This document shows positions 1-8,262 of a stretch of 64,000 bases of DNA, one piece after another. Location: positions 1 through 64,000 of the forward strand of contig CAVXEP010000001.1 in the NCBI GenBank assembly GCA_963760795.1, read 5' to 3'. The translations under genes were made by a program, and so were the position numbers. The DNA is from an uncultured delta proteobacterium. Lineage in GTDB: Bacteria > Desulfobacterota > Binatia > UBA9968. Positions within the stretch are counted from its first letter, which is position 1; every line of letters starts with the position of its first letter. A model generated the notes under the pieces. It did no database searches, was not told where the DNA came from, and worked only from the letters and a program-made list of their open reading frames with translations.

Positions 1-759
1 GGCCTCGTGCTGGCATTCCAAGGTCCGCCCGTATTGTTCGCCGTTCATCTTGGCGAAGGCGCGTTTTATCGAGTCGTGCCATTCATCGCCATGACCGTGC
101 CGCCGTCGTTGATCGCGCTTTACGGTTTGGCGGTTTTCACGATTGGCGCGATTCGATTCTGGCGCGAGACCCAAGGGACCGTAGTCGAGCTTATAGATTT
201 TGCCGCGCTCTGGCGCGCTACCAAAGACGCCTTCGGCCTGGCCTACATGAAGGGCGGCGGCGCCGGCTGCAACTATCCGGGGGAGAGTTTCTCTCAGTCG
301 AGGTTGTGGTTGCACCATGCGGTTTTCTTCGGTTTTCTGCTCGACTTGGCAGCGACCACGATCGCCGCGTTCTACGATCATTTTCTCGGCTGGCAGGCAC
401 CCTATCCTTATTTCAGCGCGCCGGTGGTTCTCGGCACGGTTGGCGGGATCATGTTGGTTGTCGGCACGATCGGTCTGCTTTATTTGAAATGGCGAAGCGA
501 CCGCGGTCCGGCGCATGCGAGCATGCTCAGCATGGACGTGGCGTTTCTGGTCTTGTTGTTTCTGACCAGCTTCACGGGACTGCTGCTGCTCGGCTTTCGC
601 GAGACTGCTGCGATGGGCAGCTTGCTGGTTATTCACCTGGGAGTCGTCGCCGGTCTGTTCATCACGATGCCGTACGGCAAATTCGCCCACGTGGTTTACC
701 GTTATGCGGCCTTGGTGCGATTTTCCATCGAACAGCGCCGCGTCGAAGGCAACGGTTGA
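1..759 (+). CDS. tcuB: Tricarballylate utilization membrane Fe-S protein TcuB/CitB family, C-terminal part (5' end outside window)
   Basis: Multi-TM protein with GGGAGC, HHAVFFGF, APYPYFSAPVVLGTVGG and MPYGKFAH motifs typical of TcuB; frame is open from the window edge. Confidence 0.75.
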   Translation, partial: GLVLAFQGPPVLFAVHLGEGAFYRVVPFIAMTVPPSLIALYGLAVFTIGAIRFWRETQGTVVELIDFAALWRATKDAFGLAYMKGGGAGCNYPGESFSQSRLWLHHAVFFGFLLDLAATTIAAFYDHFLGWQAPYPYFSAPVVLGTVGGIMLVVGTIGLLYLKWRSDRGPAHASMLSMDVAFLVLLFLTSFTGLLLLGFRETAAMGSLLVIHLGVVAGLFITMPYGKFAHVVYRYAALVRFSIEQRRVEGNG

Positions 760-1457
760 AAGCGCTTCCTGAAATCGTCCGCATCCCTGAAGGAGTTTTT
801 CTGATGGGTTGTGAACAGGGTCAGGAGAACGAGCGGCCGGTTCATCGCGTCCGGCTGGATCGCTTTGGTTTGGCAAAGTTTCCAGTCACCAACTCGCAGT
901 ACTTGTTGTTTCTCGATGCCACCGGTGCCGCTCCGCCGCCATTTTGGTCCGAGCCAATGTTTGCCGATCCGCGCAAACCGGTGGTGGGCGTGACCTGGGA
1001 CGAAGCGGTTGCGTATTGCCGCTGGCTCGGTGGCCGCGAAGGGCTGCAGTATCGTCTACCGACGGAAGCTGAATGGGAGTATGCGGCGCGTGGCGGGCGA
1101 GACGGTGCGCTTTATCCTTGGGGTGATGAAGCGCCCAGCGTGCGCGCGGCTATTGGCTTCGACGCGGCCACCGGTGGCCCGGCACCAGTCGGCGTTAACC
1201 CGCCCAACGGCTTCGGGCTCTACGACATGAGCGAGGGTGTGCACGAGTGGTGCAGCGACTATTACGACTACAACTACTACCGCAATTCACCCGAACGTAA
1301 TCCGCCGGGCGCGGCGTCCGGTGAGCGGCGCGTTTCGCGCGGCGGCTCGTGGCGCCATCAGATCAAGTTCGCCCGCTGCGGGGCGCGCAGTTCGTTGCCG
1401 CCGGCGTTCCGTTACGCCGATTATGGTTTTCGCGTGGCGATGACAATTGCGCGATAG
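756..1457 (+). CDS. Formylglycine-generating enzyme (FGE-sulfatase/SUMF1) domain protein
   Basis: FLMG...ERPVHRV, PVVGVTWDEA, RLPTEAEWEYAARGG, NGFGLYDM, RGGSW and GFRVA motifs; TTG start overlaps the upstream stop (TTGA). Confidence 0.85.
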   Translation: MKALPEIVRIPEGVFLMGCEQGQENERPVHRVRLDRFGLAKFPVTNSQYLLFLDATGAAPPPFWSEPMFADPRKPVVGVTWDEAVAYCRWLGGREGLQYRLPTEAEWEYAARGGRDGALYPWGDEAPSVRAAIGFDAATGGPAPVGVNPPNGFGLYDMSEGVHEWCSDYYDYNYYRNSPERNPPGAASGERRVSRGGSWRHQIKFARCGARSSLPPAFRYADYGFRVAMTIAR

Positions 1458-1653
1458 CTTGCCGACGCGTTCGAAGAGTTCCCTCCATGCAAGCGCGGCT
1501 TGCCTGGCGAAGAGTCCGGCGCGGCTGGGCTGTTTTTTGCCGAAATGTTTTTGTTTGACCGCTGTCATCGATAGAGATAGATAGCGAAAACCGAAGCGCG
1601 TCGCGCGCGCCGAGAGCAACGCAAATTAACCTGGACGAGGAAGGAGCTTTAGC

Positions 1654-2640
1654 ATGACACGCTGGAAAATAACCTATGGGTTTTTCATTTGCTCGGTCGT
1701 TTCTCTCTTCATCGTCGCGCCGTCGCGCGCTATTGACAATATCCGGGTGGCTTGTCCTTCGCTGAGTAGTACTTCGGTATTTTCCCTGGTCATTGCGCAA
1801 AAGGAAGGTTACTTTCGAGAAGAAGGTCTTAACGTCGAGCTGCTCAGCATCCGCGGCGAGATCGCGATCCGCACGGTGCTGGCCGGGGACGTCGATTTTT
1901 TTACCAATGCCGGCAGCGCGTTGGCGGCGGGGGTCAGAGGCATTCCCGTCAGGCTTGTTACGGTTTTTCAGGATAAGCCCAGTTGGGATTTGATCGCGCA
2001 ACCCGAGGTCAAGTCGATAGCCCAGTTGCGCGGTAAGAACATCGCGGTGATGTCTCCGGAAGGGTCGCTTGCGGTGGTGGCGCGCGAAATGTTGCGTAAA
2101 AACGGCTTGGACCCAACGAAGGATGTCAATCTTGTGACGATGGGAGGTGACGAGGTCCGCTTTCCAGCGCTCCAGACCCGATCCATACAAGCGACGTTGT
2201 TCAACACGGCCATGAGCATCAAGGCGCAAAAGGATGGCTTTGTTAAGCTCGGAAACGCGAGCGAGTACGCCAACTTGATCGAAGGCGGATTGGCGACTTC
2301 GCAAGACAAGATCCAGCAACAGCCGGAAAAAATCCATCGCTTCGTCCGCGGCGCGCTGAAAGGGCTGATATTTTACGTCAGCAAACGGGAAGCGGCGGTC
2401 AAATACATGATGGAGACGTTGCGCATGAAGGACCAGGAGTTGGTCAGTTCGATCTATGACATTCTCACGCCGCTCGCGCTCCGGGCGGGATTCAGCGACG
2501 ACAAGGTGCTGCAAACCATGATCGACGAGATGAAACGAACTACCAAAGTACAGCGCGACATCAAAATCCCCGACATTTTCTATTTGAGCTTCGTGAAAAA
2601 AGCCAATGACGAGATCAAAGCGAGCGGCTGGAAGCCATGA
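1654..2640 (+). CDS. ABC transporter substrate-binding protein, NMT1/SsuA-like
   Basis: Signal peptide, KEGYFREEGLNVE, LRGKNIAV, GLDPTKDV; AGGAG RBS. Confidence 0.85.
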   Translation: MTRWKITYGFFICSVVSLFIVAPSRAIDNIRVACPSLSSTSVFSLVIAQKEGYFREEGLNVELLSIRGEIAIRTVLAGDVDFFTNAGSALAAGVRGIPVRLVTVFQDKPSWDLIAQPEVKSIAQLRGKNIAVMSPEGSLAVVAREMLRKNGLDPTKDVNLVTMGGDEVRFPALQTRSIQATLFNTAMSIKAQKDGFVKLGNASEYANLIEGGLATSQDKIQQQPEKIHRFVRGALKGLIFYVSKREAAVKYMMETLRMKDQELVSSIYDILTPLALRAGFSDDKVLQTMIDEMKRTTKVQRDIKIPDIFYLSFVKKANDEIKASGWKP

Positions 2641-2664
2641 CGCGGGGCCGCCGCTTCGCTTCGA

Positions 2665-2717
2665 TGTGATCGTGTTCGTGTCCGGCCACGAGCACGATCA
2701 CGTTTCACGAACACGAC
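2665..2717. repeat. Periodic palindromic element, 6-nt unit (CGTGWT ... CACGAN)
   Basis: tgtgat-cgtgtt-cgtgtc, then cacgag-cacgat-cacgtt-t-cacgaa-cacgac, between convergent genes. Confidence 0.6.
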
Positions 2718-2719
2718 TT

Positions 2720-3691
2720 TCATTTTGCCGCGACCGGGAGAAATCCCGCGTCGACGAATGTCTCCCAGGGTTTGCGTTCGGGGATTAGATTATCCATCGC
2801 GAGCAGGCGGATCATTTCGTTCAATCCAACCGGGTCGACCAGGCCCTCGCCGCGGAAGGAATGGTTTTCTGGGACCATGAATTTGAACGTGCGCGCGGCG
2901 ATGGTTTCGTCGATCTTCAGGCGGTCCATCATGATCCGCACCGCTTCTTTTTCGTTGGCTGGATCGTTCAACCAGCGCATCGACTGACCGATGGCGCGCA
3001 TGAAGCGCACCAGCACCGGACGCATCTGCGCCAGCGATTTGTTCGAGGCGAAGTAGGAACCGTACTGTATGCTCTTAATTTCGTCGGAATAGTTGAGCAG
3101 CACGCGTTTGCCAGAGTCGATGGAGCGAAAGTTATAGGGCGGCGCTTCGGCGAGTGAGGCGGCGACTTGGCCGGACGCCACCGCTTGAAATCTTTCCGCG
3201 CTGCCGCCGATGGATAGGATCGTGTACGCCGACGGTGGGATGCCCTGGCGCTGCATGACGTCTTTGAAGATCGTCGTAGTGATGCTGGCCACGCCGGCGC
3301 CGGCAATTTTCTGGCCTTTCAGATCGGCGAGAGTCTTGAACTGCGGCTGGCTGATGATTTGATAGGCGTAGCCGTAGGTCGAGCCGCCGATGACTTTCAA
3401 CTCGCCGCCCCGCGTCGCCGCGATCATGCCGAAGTGGGTGCCGGATTTCGCCAAGTCGACGGTGCCGGCAAGTAGCGCCTTGATCACCAGGTCGGGCTGC
3501 ATGTAGGTCGGCTCGAACTCTATGTTCTCTTTGGCGAAGAAACCTTTCGATAAAGCAACGATCTGATCGAGGTCGAAGGCCGTGATATTGGTCGAACTCA
3601 TGGTCACTTTGTCGGCGGCAGAAGCGGGCGCCGTCGGAGCGAAAAAGTTGAATATCGCGATTAAGATGAACTTGGCTATGGATCGTGTCAT
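2720..3691 (-). CDS. ABC transporter substrate-binding protein, NMT1/SsuA-like
   Basis: Signal peptide ending ASA, KGFFAKENIE, DLKGQKIA; GGAGG RBS before ATG 3691. Confidence 0.85.
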   Translation of the reverse strand: MTRSIAKFILIAIFNFFAPTAPASAADKVTMSSTNITAFDLDQIVALSKGFFAKENIEFEPTYMQPDLVIKALLAGTVDLAKSGTHFGMIAATRGGELKVIGGSTYGYAYQIISQPQFKTLADLKGQKIAGAGVASITTTIFKDVMQRQGIPPSAYTILSIGGSAERFQAVASGQVAASLAEAPPYNFRSIDSGKRVLLNYSDEIKSIQYGSYFASNKSLAQMRPVLVRFMRAIGQSMRWLNDPANEKEAVRIMMDRLKIDETIAARTFKFMVPENHSFRGEGLVDPVGLNEMIRLLAMDNLIPERKPWETFVDAGFLPVAAK

Positions 3692-3758
3692 CGTCCTGTC
3701 CTCCAATACGATTTTGGACTTTTCGATTTTGGTCCGCGGGGCGGCTTGTCGGACCTAC

Positions 3759-3857
3759 GTAGGGGCCGACCTGCGTGTCGGCCCTCCGAACGGGCGGACA
3801 TTGGAGCGCGGACATTCTTGTCCGCGGTTAATCGCGGGTTGGAAAACCCGCGCTCCC
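3759..3857. repeat. Composite REP cluster (GTAG-type REP plus GGAG-type REP doublet)
   Basis: GTAGGGGCCGACCTGCGTGTCGGCCCT hairpin; GGAGCGCGGACATTCTTGTCCGC ... GCGGGTTGGAAAACCCGCGCTCC; near-identical copy at 42007-42087. Confidence 0.75.
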
Positions 3858-3889
3858 TTATCCGCCCCTACCATTGCCTGATGTCTTTT

Positions 3890-4876
3890 TCATCGAATCA
3901 CCCGGTCCGCCCGCACCAGCACATTCGGCGGGATCGTCAGGCCGATCTGCTTAGCTGCTTTAAGATTGACGATGAACTCGAACTTGATCGGCTGCTCGAC
4001 GGGAAGATCGGCGGGCTTCCTTCCCTTTAGAATCTTGTCCACATACGTAGCGGCGCGCCGGTCCAGGTCGGGCAAGCTCGCGCTGTAGGTCATAAGCCCC
4101 CCGTCGACAACATATTCTGAATGGTTGTATATCGCCGGAAGCCGGCTCTTTACCGCTAGCTCGACTACCTGTGTTCGATGAGAATTGAGGATGGAGCTCC
4201 CCAGCGCGACGACTGCGTCGGCACGCCCCTTACCTGCGGCTCGGAATGCACTCTCAATATCCTTGGGACTTAGTACGGCTAGGTATTGAATCTTCACCTT
4301 TAACGCCCCGGCGGCGAGTTCCATCTCGCTTAGCCGTCGGGCGTTAGCGGGGTCAGTCGAAGCCGGCCCCAAAACCGCCACGCGGGAGAGCTTGGGAATG
4401 ATCTCTTTCAAAAGCTCCAGTTGTTTTCCGCTTATCTCCGGGGAAAGGTTGGACAGTCCCGTGATGTTTCCGCCAGGCCGTGCCAGACTGGCAACGAACC
4501 CGTTGGCAACCGGATCGGTATCCTGCGCCATGACAATAGGAATCGTGTTAGTCGCTTCTTTGGCAGCACGGGTGAGTGCGCCCCCGCTCGTAACGATCAC
4601 ATCGACCTTTAAACGCACTAGCTCGGCCGCCAGCACGGGGACGCGTTCCGGTTTTAACTCGGCAAATCGATACTCAATGACAATGTTTTTCCCCTCGACA
4701 TACCCAAGCTCGCGCAGACCCTGTCGGAATGCCTCGATGCGGGCCGCTTGACCCTCAGCCGTGGCGCCCGTTAAATAACCTATCCGCGGGATTTTTGTTG
4801 GCTGCTGCGCCTGGGCGACGGAAACATTTGCAACAAAGAAAATTACCAGTAGCCAGACGAGAATTTTTTTCGTCAT
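3890..4876 (-). CDS. ABC_sub_bind family (putative Trp/Tyr-type) substrate-binding protein
   Basis: AFRQGLRELGYVEGKNIVIEYR, GFVASLARPGGNITG, YVDKILKGRKPADLPVEQP, GLTIPPNVLVRAD. Confidence 0.9.
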   Translation of the reverse strand: MTKKILVWLLVIFFVANVSVAQAQQPTKIPRIGYLTGATAEGQAARIEAFRQGLRELGYVEGKNIVIEYRFAELKPERVPVLAAELVRLKVDVIVTSGGALTRAAKEATNTIPIVMAQDTDPVANGFVASLARPGGNITGLSNLSPEISGKQLELLKEIIPKLSRVAVLGPASTDPANARRLSEMELAAGALKVKIQYLAVLSPKDIESAFRAAGKGRADAVVALGSSILNSHRTQVVELAVKSRLPAIYNHSEYVVDGGLMTYSASLPDLDRRAATYVDKILKGRKPADLPVEQPIKFEFIVNLKAAKQIGLTIPPNVLVRADRVIR

Positions 4877-4918
4877 GTTTTTTCGCCGTGCACTATTGCC
4901 TAATGCCAGTTGCCTGCT

Positions 4919-6007
4919 TCACTTCTCTTCAAACTCATCGAGCGCATCGAAGCGCGGTTCGAGCCCCAGGCCCGGCGTCTCCGCCAAGGTCACCCAGCCG
5001 TTCACCGGCGCCGGCGGTTCTTGGTAGATCTTGTCGCCGACGCCCCACATCTCGAAGTGAAATTCGACGCGCCAGCCGTTGGCCATGGCGGCTTGCAGGT
5101 GCATGTTGTGATGCGGCCAGCCGCCGCCGTTGGCGATGGGCAGGTTAAACGCTTGCGCCAGCGCGGCGACTTTCACCGCTTCGGTGTAGCCGCCGACCGA
5201 GCAGACATTGGGCTGGGCGATGTCGACGGCGCGGTTGGCGATCAATTCTCTATGACGAAAGCGGTGGCCTTCGTTTTGGCCGGCGGCAATGGGAATCGAC
5301 GTGTGGCGGCGCAGATCGGCGAGCAGCAGGGCGTCGTTTTGATACACCGGCTCTTCGAACCAGGTGATGTTCAGGGGCTCGACCATCTTGCACAGCTCCA
5401 GAGCGCGATTGTACGAGAATAAATAATTGGCATCGATCATTATCTCGACGTCGTCGCCGACGGCTTTGCACACCGCTCTGACGCGCTCGGCGTCGACTTT
5501 GGGATTTTCCGGGTCGACGGCGACGACCATCTTCAAGCGCTTCTCGCCTTGGGCGACCAACTGCTTGGCGACCTCGACCAACTGCTCTTTCTTATATTGC
5601 TTGAGGCCAAAAGTGACATAAGCCTGCACCGGATTCTGCGCGCCTCCGAGCAGCCGCCACACCGGTTCCTTGTAGTGTTTGCCCTTGATGTCCCACAGCG
5701 CGATGTCGATGGTGCTCACCGCCGAGCTCCACATGCCGGTTTGCACGCGGGCGTTGAACTGTTTCAACAGGTCGTGCCAAACGCGCTCGGTTTCCAGCGG
5801 GTTCTTGCCTTTCAAGAACGGCGCGACTTCGCGGTTGATGAATTCCTTCATGCCGAACCGCTGTCCACCGCGTGTCAGGCCGTAGCCGGTGACGCCCATG
5901 TCGGTCTCGACGGTGGTGAAGACGATCGGCGTGACGATTTTTTCCTTGAGCAGCGGCACCTCCACCGGCACGCGGTGGATGGATGCTTTTACATTAGTGA
6001 TCTTCAA
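4919..6007 (-). CDS. Mandelate racemase/muconate lactonizing enzyme (enolase superfamily)
   Basis: DIALWDIKGK, MIDAN, WFEEP, PIAAGQ and PGLGLE motifs. Confidence 0.9.
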   Translation of the reverse strand: MKITNVKASIHRVPVEVPLLKEKIVTPIVFTTVETDMGVTGYGLTRGGQRFGMKEFINREVAPFLKGKNPLETERVWHDLLKQFNARVQTGMWSSAVSTIDIALWDIKGKHYKEPVWRLLGGAQNPVQAYVTFGLKQYKKEQLVEVAKQLVAQGEKRLKMVVAVDPENPKVDAERVRAVCKAVGDDVEIMIDANYLFSYNRALELCKMVEPLNITWFEEPVYQNDALLLADLRRHTSIPIAAGQNEGHRFRHRELIANRAVDIAQPNVCSVGGYTEAVKVAALAQAFNLPIANGGGWPHHNMHLQAAMANGWRVEFHFEMWGVGDKIYQEPPAPVNGWVTLAETPGLGLEPRFDALDEFEEK

Positions 6008-6108
6008 AGAATACCTCCAGGATTCGGCTGACAGTTAGCCTGGAACGGAACGGAACTGCAAGTAAAAAAGGGTTAGAAGTCAGGAGTAAATAGTCAGGAG
6101 TCAGGATA

Positions 6109-6290
6109 TGTCATTTCGAGCGACAGACTGTGTGAAAACTCTTCGGAGCCCTTCGACCGGTCTCAGGGCGAACGGATAAGTGTTGAATTTTGCTACTCGT
6201 GCTTTCCGTTCGTGCTGAGGTACTCGAAGCATGAACGGAGTTTTCACAGAAGGAGTGAGGATGTGTCATTTCGAGCGCAGCGAGAAATCT
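6109..6290. mobile_element. Nested non-autonomous element: MITE-like unit with 11-bp inverted ends containing REP hairpins, flanked by TGTCATTTCGAGCG repeats
   Basis: TGTGAAAACTC (6131-6141) and GAGTTTTCACA (6238-6248) form a perfect IR; internal CCCTTCGAC..CTCAGGGCGAACGG / CCGTTCGTGCTGAG..TCGAAG; TGTCATTTCGAGCG at 6109 and 6264. Confidence 0.55.
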
Positions 6291-6399
6291 GTCTTGTTCC
6301 AAGCACTGACCGAGATCAACATTGAGCCATTGGCAATTTGTTCTTGACGGCCGGTTGTATCCGCTTTAATGAGAACAAAGCATTGCTGGAGGAGAATCT

Positions 6400-7347
6400 A
6401 TGTGGCGAACGATAGTTACTTTACTGATCATGATCTCGGCAGTTTCGCCGTGGCGCACGGCCCAGCCGGTGCGCGGGGCGTTTCCATCGCCGAGCGTGCA
6501 GATCCTGCCGATGATGGTGGCGCAGGAACGCGGCTTTTTTAAGCGCGAAGGGTTGGATCTAGAGCTGATTTTTGTCCGCGGCGCGACGACGGCGGTGCAG
6601 GCGCTGATCGCCAATCAGATCCATTTTATTTTCTCCATCGGGCCGCAAATGCCGGCGGTGTGGGAGGGCAACGATATCATTCTGCTCGCCCAGCAGGTCG
6701 GCCGGCCGACGTTCTCGCTGGTGGTGACGCCGGATATTCAAAAGATCGCCGATCTCAAAGGCAAGAAGATCGGCGTGACCTTCGGCGGCTCGACGGCGGC
6801 GGGAACCAAGGCGTTGCTCGAACTCAACAAGATCAATCCCGACAAAGATGTTGAGTATATCGGCTTGCCGGGCAACGAGCCCAAGATCGCGGCGATGAAG
6901 CAGGGAATTATCTCGGCGGCGTTGCTGGCGCCGCCGGCGGATTATTTGGCGATGAAATCGGGGCTCAAGCGGCTGGTAAGCTTGGCGGATATTTTCAAGG
7001 ACACGGCGTTCACCGGCCTGGCGGCGAACAGAAAAACGATCATCGAAAATCCCCAGATGGTCAAGCGCATGGTGCGCGCCATCGTCCGCTCGGTGCTGCA
7101 CACCCGCGATAATCCGGAAGACGCGCTGCAAGTCTTGACCAAACGCCTCGGCCTGGAGCGCGACGCGGCACAGGATGCCTACCAGATGATCAAAGACGCG
7201 CTGGTGCCGGTGCCGACGGAAAAAGGCGTGGAGCTGATGGCGCAGTGGCAAGCGATCGCGTTGAACATCAAACCGAAGCGCAAGCCGGCGGAGTACATGG
7301 ACCTGCGCTTCGTCAACGAAGTGATGGCGGAGCTGGGGCAGAAGTGA
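6400..7347 (+). CDS. ABC transporter substrate-binding protein, NMT1/SsuA-like
   Basis: ERGFFKREGLDLE, DLKGKKIGV, INPDKDV; GGAGGAG RBS. Confidence 0.85.
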   Translation: MWRTIVTLLIMISAVSPWRTAQPVRGAFPSPSVQILPMMVAQERGFFKREGLDLELIFVRGATTAVQALIANQIHFIFSIGPQMPAVWEGNDIILLAQQVGRPTFSLVVTPDIQKIADLKGKKIGVTFGGSTAAGTKALLELNKINPDKDVEYIGLPGNEPKIAAMKQGIISAALLAPPADYLAMKSGLKRLVSLADIFKDTAFTGLAANRKTIIENPQMVKRMVRAIVRSVLHTRDNPEDALQVLTKRLGLERDAAQDAYQMIKDALVPVPTEKGVELMAQWQAIALNIKPKRKPAEYMDLRFVNEVMAELGQK

Positions 7348-7589
7348 GAGCGGAAATCGGAATTCTCCCGTCACGGCGCCCCTTCAACTTTCCAGGTAGA
7401 GGGATGAGGGATGGACCCTGTCTACCGGATTGACGATAAGGCGAATGACAAGAATGATCGTCGATTCCAGAGACGAACTCAGACCATACGGATTAGAGCC
7501 GAGGGCGTAACGGTCAACGATGCGCGTTGACATTCTTTTGCCGAGGCCTAGCCTTTTCTTGTATAAAGAGCCTCGCATGGGTCGGGTGA

Positions 7590-8210
7590 TTGTTCCTCGC
7601 CGGCTGCGCCGCTTACAACACCGCGGGCCAAGTTCAGTCCGGCCGGCGCGCGCTCCAGGTGAACGATCCCGAACTCGCTCTGCCTTACTTTCTCCAAGCG
7701 GCGCAGGACGATCCCAACTACGTCTATCAATCGGTTAATTTCCGCGAAGGTATCTGGACTTACGTCGGCCGTACGCAATACGCAACCAAGCGCTATGTCG
7801 AAGCGCGCCAGTCGCTGGAGCGCGCACTTACGGTCGATCCGAACGATCAACTGGCGCGGCTTTACTTCGGCCTTACGCTGGCGCGCAGCGGCGAAGCCGC
7901 GCGCGGTACCAAGGAGATACTGAGCGCCATGCGCGGGCTTCACGATTGGCTCGAATATATGAACCGGAGCCGGCCCTTCGAGGCTTATTGGGATCCGCTA
8001 CGGGAAATCCGCAAGGCCATCGAGATTCATGTGCCGGGCGGACCGGGCAACGACGCCGTTACTTCCGAGCAGCTCATCCCCGACGCCGAGTGGCTAGGCA
8101 ACAAGATGGAAGATGAAATCGAGCGCGTGCGCCAGGACGAGCGGCGCCAATACGAGCGCAACTTCGACCGGAGCCGGGGCACGTCGGTGGGCGTCGGCAT
8201 CGGCTTCTAA
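7590..8210 (+). CDS. TPR-repeat lipoprotein (true start probably further upstream)
   Basis: LAGC lipobox at the ORF start; TPR-like YVGRTQY...ARQSLERALTVDPND...LYFGLTLA; C-terminal SVGVGIGF. Confidence 0.65.
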   Translation: MFLAGCAAYNTAGQVQSGRRALQVNDPELALPYFLQAAQDDPNYVYQSVNFREGIWTYVGRTQYATKRYVEARQSLERALTVDPNDQLARLYFGLTLARSGEAARGTKEILSAMRGLHDWLEYMNRSRPFEAYWDPLREIRKAIEIHVPGGPGNDAVTSEQLIPDAEWLGNKMEDEIERVRQDERRQYERNFDRSRGTSVGVGIGF

Positions 8211-8262
8211 GTCAAAACGATTCGATGGGTATTTGTGTGGATTATGGAATTTTCGCCATCGG

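Noticed and set aside
306-755. 150-aa N-terminal extension of ORF 306-1457
   Set aside because: It overlaps tcuB in another frame and has Arg-rich shadow composition. The FGE domain starts at TTG 756.
1363-2514. Long minus-strand ORF (383 aa) and similar long antisense ORFs (23291-24883, 26796-27731, 6559-7374, 37691-38482)
   Set aside because: They are codon-register shadows of well-supported genes on the opposite strand in high-GC DNA and carry no family motifs.
3746-4030. Pair of similar + strand ORFs (3746-4030 and 41968-42252) that look like a conserved small protein family
   Set aside because: The similarity comes from antisense reading of the conserved ABC_sub_bind 3' end plus the shared REP tail.
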